Of a stretch of DNA of 58,103 bases, positions 10,095 to 19,464 are shown piece after piece (position 1 is the stretch's first letter; each line of letters begins with the position of its first letter). A program made the translations under genes and the position numbers. This DNA is from Gemmatimonadota bacterium (GTDB lineage Bacteria > Gemmatimonadota > Gemmatimonadetes > Gemmatimonadales > GWC2-71-9): positions 1 to 58,103 of the forward strand of contig JANPEL010000298.1 in NCBI GenBank assembly GCA_031431925.1, in the 5' to 3' direction. The notes beneath the pieces are model-generated. The model worked only from the letters and a program-made list of their open reading frames with translations, did not search any database and was not told the origin of the DNA.

Positions 10095-11621
10095 CTAACG
10101 CTTGCCGAACTGCGGGATCGGGTGGATGCCGAGCGGCACGGCCACGTTCTTGATCTCGGTATAGAACTCGAACGCATGCTCGCCGCCTTCCCGGTGGGTG
10201 CCGCTGAACTTGACCCCGCCGAACGGGGTGGGCAGATGGCGGACGTTATGGCTGTTGATCCAGGTCATCCCGGCCTCGATGCCGAGCGCCATCCGATGGG
10301 CCCGGGCCACATCGGAGGTCCAGATATACGCCGCGAGGCCATACTTCACGTCGTTGGCCTTGGCCAAGGCATCGGCCTCGTCCGTGAACGGGATCGCCAC
10401 CAACACCGGGCCGAAGATCTCCTCTTGGGCAATCCGCATCCGATTGTCGCCGGTGAAGAGGGTTGGGGCGACATAGTTGCCCTCGGTGCCGACCCGGTGG
10501 CCGCCGGCCACCAGCCTGGCGCCCTCGGTCTTGCCGATCTCGAGGTAGCCGAGCACCCGGTCGCAATGTTCGGTGTGGATCAGCGGGCCCACCTCGGTAT
10601 TGGGGTCGAGCGGGTGCCCGACCGTGACCGCCTTGGTCCGGGCTTCGAGCCGCGACACGAAGTCGTCGAAGATCGACTCCTGGATCAGGACCCGGGAGTT
10701 GGCGGTGCAGCGTTCCCCGTTGAGGCTGAAGATCTGGAACACGGTGCCGTCGAGGGCGCGGTCGAGGTCGGCGTCGGCAAACACCACCGAGGGCGACTTG
10801 CCCCCGAGTTCGAGTGACACCCGCTTGAGCTGATCGGCGGCATTCTTGGTGACGATGGTGCCGGTGGTGGTTTCGCCGGTGAAGGTGATCAGCGGCACCT
10901 TCGGGTGCGCCACCAGCGGGGCCCCGGCCTCTTCGCCAAAGCCTTGGACCACATTGAAGACGCCGGGCGGCAAGTCGGCTTCCTGGATGATCTCTGCGAG
11001 TTTCCAGGCCGTCAGCGGCGACCACTCGGCCGGTTTGAGGATCACGGTGTTGCCGGTAGCGAGCGCCGGGGCGATCCGCCACGTGGCCAGCATCAGGGGC
11101 GAATTCCACGGGGTGATGATCCCGCAGGCCCCGACCGGCACCCGGAGCGTGTAGTTGAGCCATTCATGGCCGACGGGGTACGTCCGCCCGTCCATCGCCT
11201 TGTCGGCATACTCGGCGTAAAAGCTGAAATTCTCGGCCGCCCGGGCAATCTGGGCCCGGACCACCTTGATCACTTGGCCGGCGTCGAGGCATTCGATCGT
11301 GGCCAGTTCGTCGCCGTGCTTCTCGAGGACCGTGGCGATCCGGATCAGGTGCGTCCGGCGGGCCTTCGGCGCGAGCTTTCGCCACGACTGGAAGGCCTGA
11401 TGGGCCCGGTCGGCCGCCCGGTCGATGTCTTCGGCGTGCCCCCGCGCCACCCGGGCCAGCAACTGGTTCGTGGAGGGATCGAGGGTCTCGAACGTTTCGC
11501 CCCGATGCCCCGGCACGAACTCGCCGCCGATGAAATGGGGAATGACGGACCCGCCGAGCTTCTCGCGGACTTTCGTGATGAACTCCGGCGCAATGGCCGT
11601 CCCGCTCTGGCCCAAAGCCAT
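10095..11621 (-). CDS. hpaE: 5-carboxymethyl-2-hydroxymuconate semialdehyde dehydrogenase
   Basis: 508-aa aldehyde dehydrogenase (ELGGKSP, FSLNGERCTANSR catalytic Cys). Sits immediately next to hpaD inside the hpa set. Confidence 0.88.
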   Translation of the reverse strand: MALGQSGTAIAPEFITKVREKLGGSVIPHFIGGEFVPGHRGETFETLDPSTNQLLARVARGHAEDIDRAADRAHQAFQSWRKLAPKARRTHLIRIATVLEKHGDELATIECLDAGQVIKVVRAQIARAAENFSFYAEYADKAMDGRTYPVGHEWLNYTLRVPVGACGIITPWNSPLMLATWRIAPALATGNTVILKPAEWSPLTAWKLAEIIQEADLPPGVFNVVQGFGEEAGAPLVAHPKVPLITFTGETTTGTIVTKNAADQLKRVSLELGGKSPSVVFADADLDRALDGTVFQIFSLNGERCTANSRVLIQESIFDDFVSRLEARTKAVTVGHPLDPNTEVGPLIHTEHCDRVLGYLEIGKTEGARLVAGGHRVGTEGNYVAPTLFTGDNRMRIAQEEIFGPVLVAIPFTDEADALAKANDVKYGLAAYIWTSDVARAHRMALGIEAGMTWINSHNVRHLPTPFGGVKFSGTHREGGEHAFEFYTEIKNVAVPLGIHPIPQFGKR

Positions 11622-11622
11622 C

Positions 11623-12435
11623 TCAACTCTCCTCGGTGGTGCTGAACATTCGGTCGATCGTCGCCATGGTGGCCGCCACTTCCGCCGGCGTGGCGATCAG
11701 TTCCTGGGTCGGGATCCCGAACGCGTACGCCGACGTCGAGCCGTCGAGCGCCTGGTCGATCGGAATCACTTCGACATGTCTGGCCCAAAGCCACCGGCGG
11801 AACACGGCCGTGTAAATCTCGGGGTCGTAGGGAGCCGGGCCGCCGCCAGTGGCCTCCCGATAGACCTCGTCCCACAGCGCCCGCAGCACGTTCGGCTGGG
11901 CGTCGACCTGCTCGCGCGGGTGCCGGGGCGATTGCATGGTCCGCTCGCGCGCCGCCTCGATCAGGGCCCGGACCTCGCGGGTCGGCACCGGGAGCACGAA
12001 GTGGAGTTGCTCGCTGGCCAGCAACGGCTCGGCCCGATCGTCGGCCGGCTCGATCAACTCGCTCAACCGGTTCCCGATGAAGACGGCCTCCGCGATCAGC
12101 AGGTCGGCCGGGTCGGGATGGGACTCGTGCCACTCGAGCAGCTTGCTCCGGGCCCATACTCCGACCGCTTTTTTCACTCCCAGATGAGAGAACCCATCGA
12201 TCTCCGGGTATCGCGCCAGGATCTCCGGCGTCTCGAACGCCGACCGTGCCCCGTCCCACTGGAGGAGATGGATCCGCCGGCCCGCCCGGTGTCCGAGCAA
12301 CGCGAGCTGCCGCACCAAGAGGCTCTTCCCCACGCCCGGAAGTCCGGCCATGAACACCATCCGCTGCCCGGCCGCCAAGGCCTCGAACCGGCGGCGAACC
12401 ACCGAACCCGGAGGGAGGATGATCCCGTCGGTCAT
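11623..12435 (-). CDS. P-loop NTPase of unknown function
   Basis: 270 aa with Walker A GLPGVGKS near the N-terminus; no other family motif recognised. Lies 1 nt from the hpaE start and 2 nt from the upstream HD-gene stop. Confidence 0.7.
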   Translation of the reverse strand: MTDGIILPPGSVVRRRFEALAAGQRMVFMAGLPGVGKSLLVRQLALLGHRAGRRIHLLQWDGARSAFETPEILARYPEIDGFSHLGVKKAVGVWARSKLLEWHESHPDPADLLIAEAVFIGNRLSELIEPADDRAEPLLASEQLHFVLPVPTREVRALIEAARERTMQSPRHPREQVDAQPNVLRALWDEVYREATGGGPAPYDPEIYTAVFRRWLWARHVEVIPIDQALDGSTSAYAFGIPTQELIATPAEVAATMATIDRMFSTTEES

Positions 12436-12437
12436 CC

Positions 12438-13016
12438 CTACGCGGGTCCGGCTGGTTCGTGGTGGGCCCGAAGCGCCACCAGGAGGCCCCGGCCCATCTG
12501 GCGGCCGGGTTCGGTATGCAACCGGTCCGCCACCAGGCCATCAAGATAGGTCAGGTACTCGGCAACCGAATAGGCGAACCACTCCCGGACGGTGGCGAGG
12601 CCGAACGGCGTGAAGAGCCAGAGTTTGTCGGCGTCCTTGACCACCGCGTCTTCGACTGAGCGGGGCGCGGGGCGGGTGTCGTGTCCGTCGATGATCGCCG
12701 CGATGGCCTCGGCCGGAACCTCGGGCCAACCGACCGCCGCGAGAATCTCCCGCGCGATCCGGACGCCCTCAACCTCGTGTTGGCGGCGGAGGTCCGGGTA
12801 TTTGAGATGGGGACCGAAAGCGCCAAGGATCTTGTCCTCCGGCACGGTGCTCCAGCCCACGTCGTGGAGCAGAATCGCGGGCAGGGCAATTTCCGGCCGG
12901 GCGCCGCACGAGGGCACCAACTGCTCGGCAAACCGGAACGAGTACCGGGTGTGCTGGTCGTTCCGGCGGACACCGAGGTAGGGAAGGGCCCGCTCCCAAA
13001 GCGCGGCGAGGTTCAT
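12438..13016 (-). CDS. HD-domain phosphohydrolase-like protein
   Basis: 192 aa from ATG at 13016 (ATGA overlap with the ThDP-enzyme stop). ILLHDVGW (H..HD) and DKLW motifs are typical of the HD superfamily. The 392-aa track ORF upstream part is a shadow over the ThDP gene. Confidence 0.75.
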   Translation of the reverse strand: MNLAALWERALPYLGVRRNDQHTRYSFRFAEQLVPSCGARPEIALPAILLHDVGWSTVPEDKILGAFGPHLKYPDLRRQHEVEGVRIAREILAAVGWPEVPAEAIAAIIDGHDTRPAPRSVEDAVVKDADKLWLFTPFGLATVREWFAYSVAEYLTYLDGLVADRLHTEPGRQMGRGLLVALRAHHEPAGPA

Positions 13017-14653
13017 CGAGGGCCGCCGCGAACCCGGGGGAGTTTGCGGAACCGGTCGACGTCGGGCAGATCCCCGACCGACACGTCGATGATCGCCGGG
13101 CCCCCGTCGTGGAACGCGGCCCGGATGGCGGTCTTCAACTCCGCGGCGGTGCGAGCCCGATAGCCCGCCGCGCCAAACGCCTCGGCCAGCTTGACGAAAT
13201 CGGGATTCACCAGATCGGTGGCGATGATTCGGTTGCCGTACAGTTGGCGCTGCATCTGCTGGACGTTGCCGTACTGCCCGTTGTTGAACACGATGGTGAC
13301 GAGCCCGATCCGGTGCTGTACCGCCGTGGCCAGTTCTTGGACCGCGAACATGAACCCCCCGTCGCCCGCTATCGAGATGACCGGCACCTCGGGCCGCGCC
13401 ACCTTGACGCCCAGCGCGGTCGGAAACCCGAAGCCCAAGGTGCCTTGATAGCCCGTCGTGATGAAGGTCCGCGGATGATAGACCGGGAAGATCGCCCGGG
13501 CCGAGAAGCCGACTTGGGTCAGTTCCTCGACGAAGATCCCGTCCTCGCCGAGTTCGTCGCGAATGACCGTCAGGAACTCCCGCTGCGGCGCGAGGAACGC
13601 GGTGTCGGCCTGCCACTTCTCGGCATGCGCCTGCATTTCAGTCTTCCGTGAGGCCCGGACGGGCACCGCCCGAGCGACCCGCTCGATCAACGGGCTGAGC
13701 GCATCCTCGGCCCGGGCAGTGATGGCGATGGCCGGCGCGTGAATCCGGTTGTGGGCCTCCGCATCCACGTCGATCCGGATGATCGTGAGATCATCGTCCA
13801 CGCCCCACGACTGGAGGGGCACCCGGAGATTGGTGCCGATGGCCAGCACCACGTCGGCCTCCTTCCAGAGGGGATGGGCTGCCGGCTGGACCAAACTCAA
13901 GTAATGCCGGCTGTCGAGCACCCCGTGCCCGGTCCGGTGGGCCACGACCGGCGCTTGGAGCATCTCGGCGAGCTGCCGAACCTCGGCCGAGACGCCTAAC
14001 GCCCCGCCGCCGACGAAGATCAGGGGCCGGCGGGCGGCAGCCAGCCGGCGGGCGGCGGCGTCCATGAGGTCGAGGTCGAGGCCCGGGTACTCCGCGGGCA
14101 GCCGGATGTCGGGCTCGGACACCGCCGACCGACGCTCGAGCACGTCCATGGGGACCTCGAGTCCAACCGGGCGCGGCCGTCCGGAGCGGAGTTGCCGGAA
14201 CGCCTCGGCGATCAGACCGGGCGCTGCGGCCGGGCTCTCGATCCGGGCCGCCCACTTGGTCAGCGAACGCATCACCCCCAGCTGATCCGGAATCTCGTGG
14301 AGGATCCCCTGCTGCCGCCCGATCGAGGGCGACGGAATTTGTCCCGTCAGGCAGAGGACCGGCGCGTTCAGCGCATAGGCGGTCGAGAGGGCGGCCGTGC
14401 TGTTGAGGAACCCCGGTCCCGGGACGACGCTGTAGACCGACGGCCGCCCGGTCGCGAGCGACTCGCCTAACGCCATGTAGGCCGCGCCTTGCTCGTGGCG
14501 GGTGTGGATGACCCGAATCCGATCCCGGGCGTCATAGAGGGCGTTGTAGAGCCAATCGTTCTGGATGCCGGGCAGGCCGAAGACGGTCTCCACCCCTTGG
14601 GCAATGAGCCCCCGGACGACGGCTTCGCCGCCGGTCAACATGGCCTCGGTCAT
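13013..14653 (-). CDS. Thiamine-diphosphate-dependent enzyme (acetolactate synthase / benzoylformate decarboxylase-like); candidate arylpyruvate decarboxylase
   Basis: 546 aa. N-terminal PYR domain (GVETVFGLPG, HEQGAAYMA). C-terminal ThDP motif GDGGFMF...NNGQYGN. The substrate is inferred from neighbours only. Confidence 0.85.
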   Translation of the reverse strand: MTEAMLTGGEAVVRGLIAQGVETVFGLPGIQNDWLYNALYDARDRIRVIHTRHEQGAAYMALGESLATGRPSVYSVVPGPGFLNSTAALSTAYALNAPVLCLTGQIPSPSIGRQQGILHEIPDQLGVMRSLTKWAARIESPAAAPGLIAEAFRQLRSGRPRPVGLEVPMDVLERRSAVSEPDIRLPAEYPGLDLDLMDAAARRLAAARRPLIFVGGGALGVSAEVRQLAEMLQAPVVAHRTGHGVLDSRHYLSLVQPAAHPLWKEADVVLAIGTNLRVPLQSWGVDDDLTIIRIDVDAEAHNRIHAPAIAITARAEDALSPLIERVARAVPVRASRKTEMQAHAEKWQADTAFLAPQREFLTVIRDELGEDGIFVEELTQVGFSARAIFPVYHPRTFITTGYQGTLGFGFPTALGVKVARPEVPVISIAGDGGFMFAVQELATAVQHRIGLVTIVFNNGQYGNVQQMQRQLYGNRIIATDLVNPDFVKLAEAFGAAGYRARTAAELKTAIRAAFHDGGPAIIDVSVGDLPDVDRFRKLPRVRGGPR

Positions 14654-15669
14654 GGCGTTCCTTGCAGTGAGGCCAGCGCGTCGATGACCCGCTGGGTCGT
14701 CTCGGGCAGGCCGATGCTGATCCGGAGACAGCGGACCTGTCCCGGCCCCGCGACGGACCGGACCTGGATCCCGTGTTCGGCCAGCCGGTGGAAGGCGTGA
14801 TCCGGGTCCGCCGGCGCGGCCAGGATGAAATTGGCCGCGCTAGGCCAGTGCCTAACGCCAAGCCGGGTCAGGGCGCCGGAGAGGGTTCGGCGGCCCTTGG
14901 CGGTGAGCGCCACGGTGCGGGCGACGTGATCCTGGTCGGCCAAGGCCGCGAGCCCGGCGGCGTGGGCTGGACCGCTCAGGTGGTAGGTGAGGCGGAACCG
15001 CCCCAGCCGGTCGACCAGTTCCGGCCGGGCGATGCCGTAGCCGAGCCGGAGCCCGGCCATGCCGTAGCCCTTGGAGAACGAGTGGACGATCACCACCGGC
15101 CGGCCGTCATGGATGGCCGCCACCGTGTCGGGAAACGCCGGGTCGTCGACGTATTGATAGTACACCTCGTCGGCCACGACCAAGACCTCGGGCGGGAGCG
15201 CGTCGAGGACCGTCCGCACCGCGCTCGCGGGCATCACCACGCCGGTTGGGTTGCCGGGATTGCAGAGATAGAGGAGCCGGGTTCGGGGCGTCACCGCGCT
15301 GAGAATTCGGGTCACGTCGTGGGCGGCGGTCTCCGGATCGAGCGGCACGTCGACGGCGACGCCCTGGTTGTTTCGAATCGTCGTGGAGTAGACCGGGAAC
15401 GTCGGCGAGCAAATGATGGCCTCGTCGCCCGGCTGCAGGGACGCCCGGGCTACCAGGTCGAGCACCTCCGAGGCGCTCGAGGCCGCGAAGAAGTGAGCGG
15501 GGGTCAGGCCGCGCCCGTGGTGATCGGCCAGCGCGGCCCGAAGCGTCCCGTCATCCCGGGCTGGGTACCGGTGGACCCGGTGGGCCTCGCGGATGATGGC
15601 CTCGACGACCCGCGGCGAGGGGCCCAGCGGGTTCTCGTTGGTCGAAAGGTCGACGAGGTCCAGGGTCAC
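14650..15669 (-). CDS. Class I/II PLP aminotransferase (histidinol-phosphate/aromatic aminotransferase-like)
   Basis: 339 aa with GTG start (GTGA overlap with the ALDH stop). NENPLGPSP, CNPGNPTG and HSFSKGYGMAGLRLGY (PLP lysine) are typical of the HisC family. Confidence 0.85.
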   Translation of the reverse strand: MTLDLVDLSTNENPLGPSPRVVEAIIREAHRVHRYPARDDGTLRAALADHHGRGLTPAHFFAASSASEVLDLVARASLQPGDEAIICSPTFPVYSTTIRNNQGVAVDVPLDPETAAHDVTRILSAVTPRTRLLYLCNPGNPTGVVMPASAVRTVLDALPPEVLVVADEVYYQYVDDPAFPDTVAAIHDGRPVVIVHSFSKGYGMAGLRLGYGIARPELVDRLGRFRLTYHLSGPAHAAGLAALADQDHVARTVALTAKGRRTLSGALTRLGVRHWPSAANFILAAPADPDHAFHRLAEHGIQVRSVAGPGQVRCLRISIGLPETTQRVIDALASLQGTP

Positions 15670-17159
15670 GTCTGGTATCCGATCACCACCGACTTGGATT
15701 CGGTGTAGAGGTCGATCATCGCGGCGCCATGTTCCCGGCCGATCCCGGACTCCTTGAGCCCGCCCATCGGCAACGCCGGATCGGTCCGGGCCGGCGAGTT
15801 GACGAAGATGGTGCCGGCCTCGATCCGCGGGATCAAGCGGTGGACCGCCGAAAGGTCTTCCGAATAGATGCTGGCCGCCAGCCCATATCGGGACTGATTG
15901 ACCCTTGCCACCAGATCGGCCTCCGTGTCGAACGGGATGGCCACCAGGACCGGTCCGAACACCTCGTCGCGCTCGATGCTCATCGCCGGCGTGGTGTCGG
16001 TGAACACGGCGGGTCGGACGAAATAGCCGGGCCCGCCCGGCTCGTTGGCCGGGCTCCGGAGCCGGGCGCCGTCGGCGGTGGCCCGGGCAACGGACCCGAG
16101 CACCCGGTCTCGGTGCCCGTCCGACACCAAGGGGCCGATCTCGCTGCTGGGGTCGAGTCCGGCTCCGATGCGCATGCCGGCGGCAATTGCCGTGACTCGG
16201 CCGACGATGTTCTCGAACAACGGCCGGGCCACGAACAACCGGGAGCCGGCGGCGCAGACTTGTCCGCCGTTGTAGAAGATCCCCTGCGCCACCGCGGCCG
16301 CGACCCGCGCCGGATCGGCGTCGGCCAAGACAATGGCTGGTGATTTGCCGCCGAGCTCGAGGCTGACCCGAGCCAGTCGGCCCATGGCGGCCACCCCGAC
16401 CTGCCGGCCCACTTCGGTCGAGCCGGTAAACGTCACTTTGGCCACCCCGGGATGCGCCACGAGTGCCGCGCCGGTCCGATCCCCACCCGTCACCACGTTC
16501 AAGACGCCCGGCGGGAGGCCGGCCTCACTGGCGAGCTCGGCCAGTCGGAGCGTCGAGAGCGGGGCTTCCACCGCCGGTTTGAGGACTACTGTGCACCCGC
16601 ACGCCAGCGCGGGAATGGCTTTCCACGCGGCCATCGAGAGCGGCATGTTCCAGGGAATGATCCCGGCCACGACCCCGACCGGCTCCCGCCTGGTGTAGGC
16701 CACGTACCCGGTGCCCGGAGTCCGGAGGCTCAGATCGAGAGTCTGACCGGTGAGCTTGGTGGCCCAGCCCGCCATGTAGCGGGTAAACCGGATCGTCCCG
16801 CTGACCTCCCGCTCCGCCCCCTGGATCAACTTGCCGTTCTCGATGACGATGAGGTGCTGGAGCTCGACTGCGTGCGCCTCGAGCAGGTCGGCCAAGCGCA
16901 GCAGACGGGCTTCCCGCTCGGCGGGTGTCAGGCCGCGCCACACCTGGTCCCGAAACGCTCGCGTCGCGGAGTCCACCGCTATCCCCACCGCGCCGGCGGT
17001 GCTATCGGGTACCGTGGCAATGACGGATTCAGTGGCTGGGTCGACGACCTCCAGGCGGGGGCCGGTCTCGGTGGAGCGGGCTCCATCCACCCATCCCGAC
17101 TTCTGTGGCTCAGCGAGCCAGCGAACCAGGTTCGAATCCAGCGGACGCGGCACGGTCAT
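15666..17159 (-). CDS. NAD(P)-dependent aldehyde dehydrogenase; candidate arylacetaldehyde dehydrogenase
   Basis: 497 aa from ATG at 17159 (ATGA overlap with the MarR stop). ALDH motifs: LELGGKSP, GQVCAAGSR. Substrate inferred from context. Confidence 0.85.
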   Translation of the reverse strand: MTVPRPLDSNLVRWLAEPQKSGWVDGARSTETGPRLEVVDPATESVIATVPDSTAGAVGIAVDSATRAFRDQVWRGLTPAEREARLLRLADLLEAHAVELQHLIVIENGKLIQGAEREVSGTIRFTRYMAGWATKLTGQTLDLSLRTPGTGYVAYTRREPVGVVAGIIPWNMPLSMAAWKAIPALACGCTVVLKPAVEAPLSTLRLAELASEAGLPPGVLNVVTGGDRTGAALVAHPGVAKVTFTGSTEVGRQVGVAAMGRLARVSLELGGKSPAIVLADADPARVAAAVAQGIFYNGGQVCAAGSRLFVARPLFENIVGRVTAIAAGMRIGAGLDPSSEIGPLVSDGHRDRVLGSVARATADGARLRSPANEPGGPGYFVRPAVFTDTTPAMSIERDEVFGPVLVAIPFDTEADLVARVNQSRYGLAASIYSEDLSAVHRLIPRIEAGTIFVNSPARTDPALPMGGLKESGIGREHGAAMIDLYTESKSVVIGYQT

Positions 17160-17653
17160 GAGGGAAGTTCTCCAGGGGCTTTGGCCGACTGGATCAGCCG
17201 GTCGAGCATCGAGCCGAGTTGATGTTGCTCGGCGTTGGTCAGGCAACGGAATATCTCCTCATTGCGGCGCGCGATCAGCAGCATGACGCGGCCCCACAGG
17301 GCTCGTCCCGGCGGCGTCAGGCTCAGGGCCACGCCCCGGCCATCGAGCGGACTGGGTGTCTTCGAGACCAACTGGCGATTCACGAGTCCCTGGGCCGCGC
17401 GACTGGCCTGGCCCTTGGTGAGATTGGCCTGAGTGGCCAGCTCGTTCACCGACACCGGCGCGAACCGAACCGCTTTCCCGGCGGCCGCCAGCCGCTGGGC
17501 ATTGCCGATGGCGGCCAAACACCGGGCCTCACCGAGCGGCAGGCCAAACTCCTCGGCATACGCGGTGGCGCTCCGCTGGTCGGTGAGTTTGTTGACCAGA
17601 TGGAGCCGATAGGTCAGAAACTGCTCCAGCGGCAGGGCGGGCTTACGGGACAT
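17156..17653 (-). CDS. MarR-family transcriptional regulator (HpaR-like by context)
   Basis: 165 aa with a central wHTH: VSVNELATQANLTKGQASRAAQGLVNRQLV...DGRGVALSLT. Embedded inside the operon. Confidence 0.85.
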   Translation of the reverse strand: MSRKPALPLEQFLTYRLHLVNKLTDQRSATAYAEEFGLPLGEARCLAAIGNAQRLAAAGKAVRFAPVSVNELATQANLTKGQASRAAQGLVNRQLVSKTPSPLDGRGVALSLTPPGRALWGRVMLLIARRNEEIFRCLTNAEQHQLGSMLDRLIQSAKAPGELPS

Positions 17654-17837
17654 GGGGGGTGTCCCGACAGCGGGCCGTTGCCGTCGCGATCAGCGGAAGC
17701 ACCTGATCAGCGCGGTCGAGGCGGCTCATCAACGACAGGCACACCATCGAGAGTAGCATCGGCGCTCGCTCCGGCCCTACCGTGGTCAGGGCCTGGCACA
17801 ACACGCTGTACGCTTGATCGAGTTCGTGATCGGTCAT
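17643..17837 (-). CDS. Small conserved protein (resembles the DUF2783 family that often accompanies MhpA-like monooxygenases)
   Basis: 64-aa ORF. ATGA overlap with the monooxygenase stop and an 11-nt overlap with the MarR start. Family assignment is from memory only. Confidence 0.5.
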   Translation of the reverse strand: MTDHELDQAYSVLCQALTTVGPERAPMLLSMVCLSLMSRLDRADQVLPLIATATARCRDTPHVP

Positions 17838-19453
17838 CGCCCTACTCCCGATTGATCGAAGGCGGCCGCCACCGCGTCACCGTCGCGCCCGTGCCATCGT
17901 CCCATCACGTATCCGTCGGGCCGCACCAGCACCATGGCCTCGTCCATCCCGTGGCCCAAGCCGTACCGGCGCCAGGCCTCGGCCGAGTCCGGGGAGATCG
18001 CGAGCGGCGTGATGCCCCGGGATCGGAGTTGGTCGACGCCTCGGGGTTCGTGGTAACCGAAGGCCAGGCACACGAAGTCCGCCCCGAAATGACTGGTGAG
18101 GTGCCGGCCGCCCGGAAGTTGCGCGTCCGGGGCGGTCGAGCCCGGTGCCGCCAACCCGTTCGCCCAAGGGGCCTTGGGCTCGGGCTGATTGAGCGGGGAG
18201 CCAAGGTAGGCGATCGGCGTGGTCTGCCGCGGATTGATCAGCGAACGCACCGTCGGATCGTTCGCCGCCAGGCGGAGGGTGGCCTCTCGCATCAGTTGAT
18301 AGGCGAAGTTCGGCGGCGCCATGAACTCCGTGCTCTTGGCGCCGTAGGCCATGTTCTCCAGCGCGGCGTGCCGGCGCTCAACGGTGTAGGAATCCAGCAA
18401 TTGCTCCGGCGCGCGGCCGGTGATCACGCGGGCCAGTTTCCACGCCAGATTCCCGGCGTCGTCGAGGCCCGAGTTCAGCCCGCGGACCCCGAAGATCGGA
18501 ACCAGGTGCGCTGCGTCGCCGGAAAAGAAGACTCGGCCGTGGCGATAGGTGTCGAGCGTCAGGCATTTGGCGTTGTACATCGAAATCCAAAGCGGCTCCC
18601 AGGGGGCGTCCTCGCCGATCATGCTGAGGTGGCTCTGCACGCGCGGCAGGACGTTCTGTGGCTTCACGGCTTCGACGGGGTCTTCATCCGCCCGGATCTG
18701 GTAGTCGATCCGCCAGACGTTCTCGGGCTGGCGGTGCATCAAGATCGTGGAACCCGGGTTGCTCGGCGGATCGAACCAGGCCAGCCGTTCAACCGCCCGC
18801 TCGGTCGGTTGCCGGATGTCGACGATCACATACCTGCCGTCGTATTCGGTTCCTTTGAGCTCAAGGCCCAACTGGTCCCGGACCGTGCTTCGTCCACCGT
18901 CGCAGGCGACGACCCAGTCGGCCTGGACGGCGTGCCGGCCGGTTGGAGTATCCACCACGACCTCGACCCCGTCCCGCTCAGGACGGACGCTGGCGACTCG
19001 GGCGTTCCACCGGATATCGGCGGCCGGTTGGTGCGTCAGAGCCGCCTGGTGGGCGTACTGCTCGATGAAGTACTGCTGGATGTTGAGCATCGGGGCGAAC
19101 CGCTCCCCCGGCTCGGACGGCATCGTGAAGTGAAGGACCTCCGTATCGCGGAAATAGCTCCGCCCGCCGACCCAGGGGAGTCCCTTCCGGACCAGGGGCA
19201 CGTCGGCCCCGATCCATCCGAGGATCTCCTGCGACCGCCGGGAAATGCAGATCGCCCGGCTTCCGGTGCAATAGCCCTCGTCCGCCTCAGCCACGAGGCT
19301 CGGCACTCCATAGCGGGCCAACAACGCCGCGAGCGTCAGGCCGACGGGGCCGCCGCCGACGATCAGCACCGGGATCCGGTTCGGGAATGGCGGGGTGTGG
19401 TTCGAAATGGGCGCCGGGGTCCGGTTGGCAGGTTCCGCAACGATAGGTGTCAT
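17834..19453 (-). CDS. Single-component FAD-dependent aromatic-ring monooxygenase (PheA/TfdB/MhpA family)
   Basis: About 539 aa from ATG at 19453; the track ORF starts at an upstream TTG at 19468. Motifs: VLIVGGGPVGLTLAALLA (FAD GxGxxG) and GRVFFSGDAAH (GD motif), with a thioredoxin-like C-terminal region. Confidence 0.85.
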   Translation of the reverse strand: MTPIVAEPANRTPAPISNHTPPFPNRIPVLIVGGGPVGLTLAALLARYGVPSLVAEADEGYCTGSRAICISRRSQEILGWIGADVPLVRKGLPWVGGRSYFRDTEVLHFTMPSEPGERFAPMLNIQQYFIEQYAHQAALTHQPAADIRWNARVASVRPERDGVEVVVDTPTGRHAVQADWVVACDGGRSTVRDQLGLELKGTEYDGRYVIVDIRQPTERAVERLAWFDPPSNPGSTILMHRQPENVWRIDYQIRADEDPVEAVKPQNVLPRVQSHLSMIGEDAPWEPLWISMYNAKCLTLDTYRHGRVFFSGDAAHLVPIFGVRGLNSGLDDAGNLAWKLARVITGRAPEQLLDSYTVERRHAALENMAYGAKSTEFMAPPNFAYQLMREATLRLAANDPTVRSLINPRQTTPIAYLGSPLNQPEPKAPWANGLAAPGSTAPDAQLPGGRHLTSHFGADFVCLAFGYHEPRGVDQLRSRGITPLAISPDSAEAWRRYGLGHGMDEAMVLVRPDGYVMGRWHGRDGDAVAAAFDQSGVGR

Positions 19454-19464
19454 TGGTTGTGTCC

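Noticed and set aside
11623-13016. P-loop + HD pair as a stand-alone phage-defence or toxin module
   Set aside because: I considered this because NTPase/HD combinations occur in defence systems. However, the pair is embedded with 1-4-nt junctions in a catabolic operon, has no compositional break and has no flanking mobility genes. I kept it as an unexplained pathway-linked pair instead.
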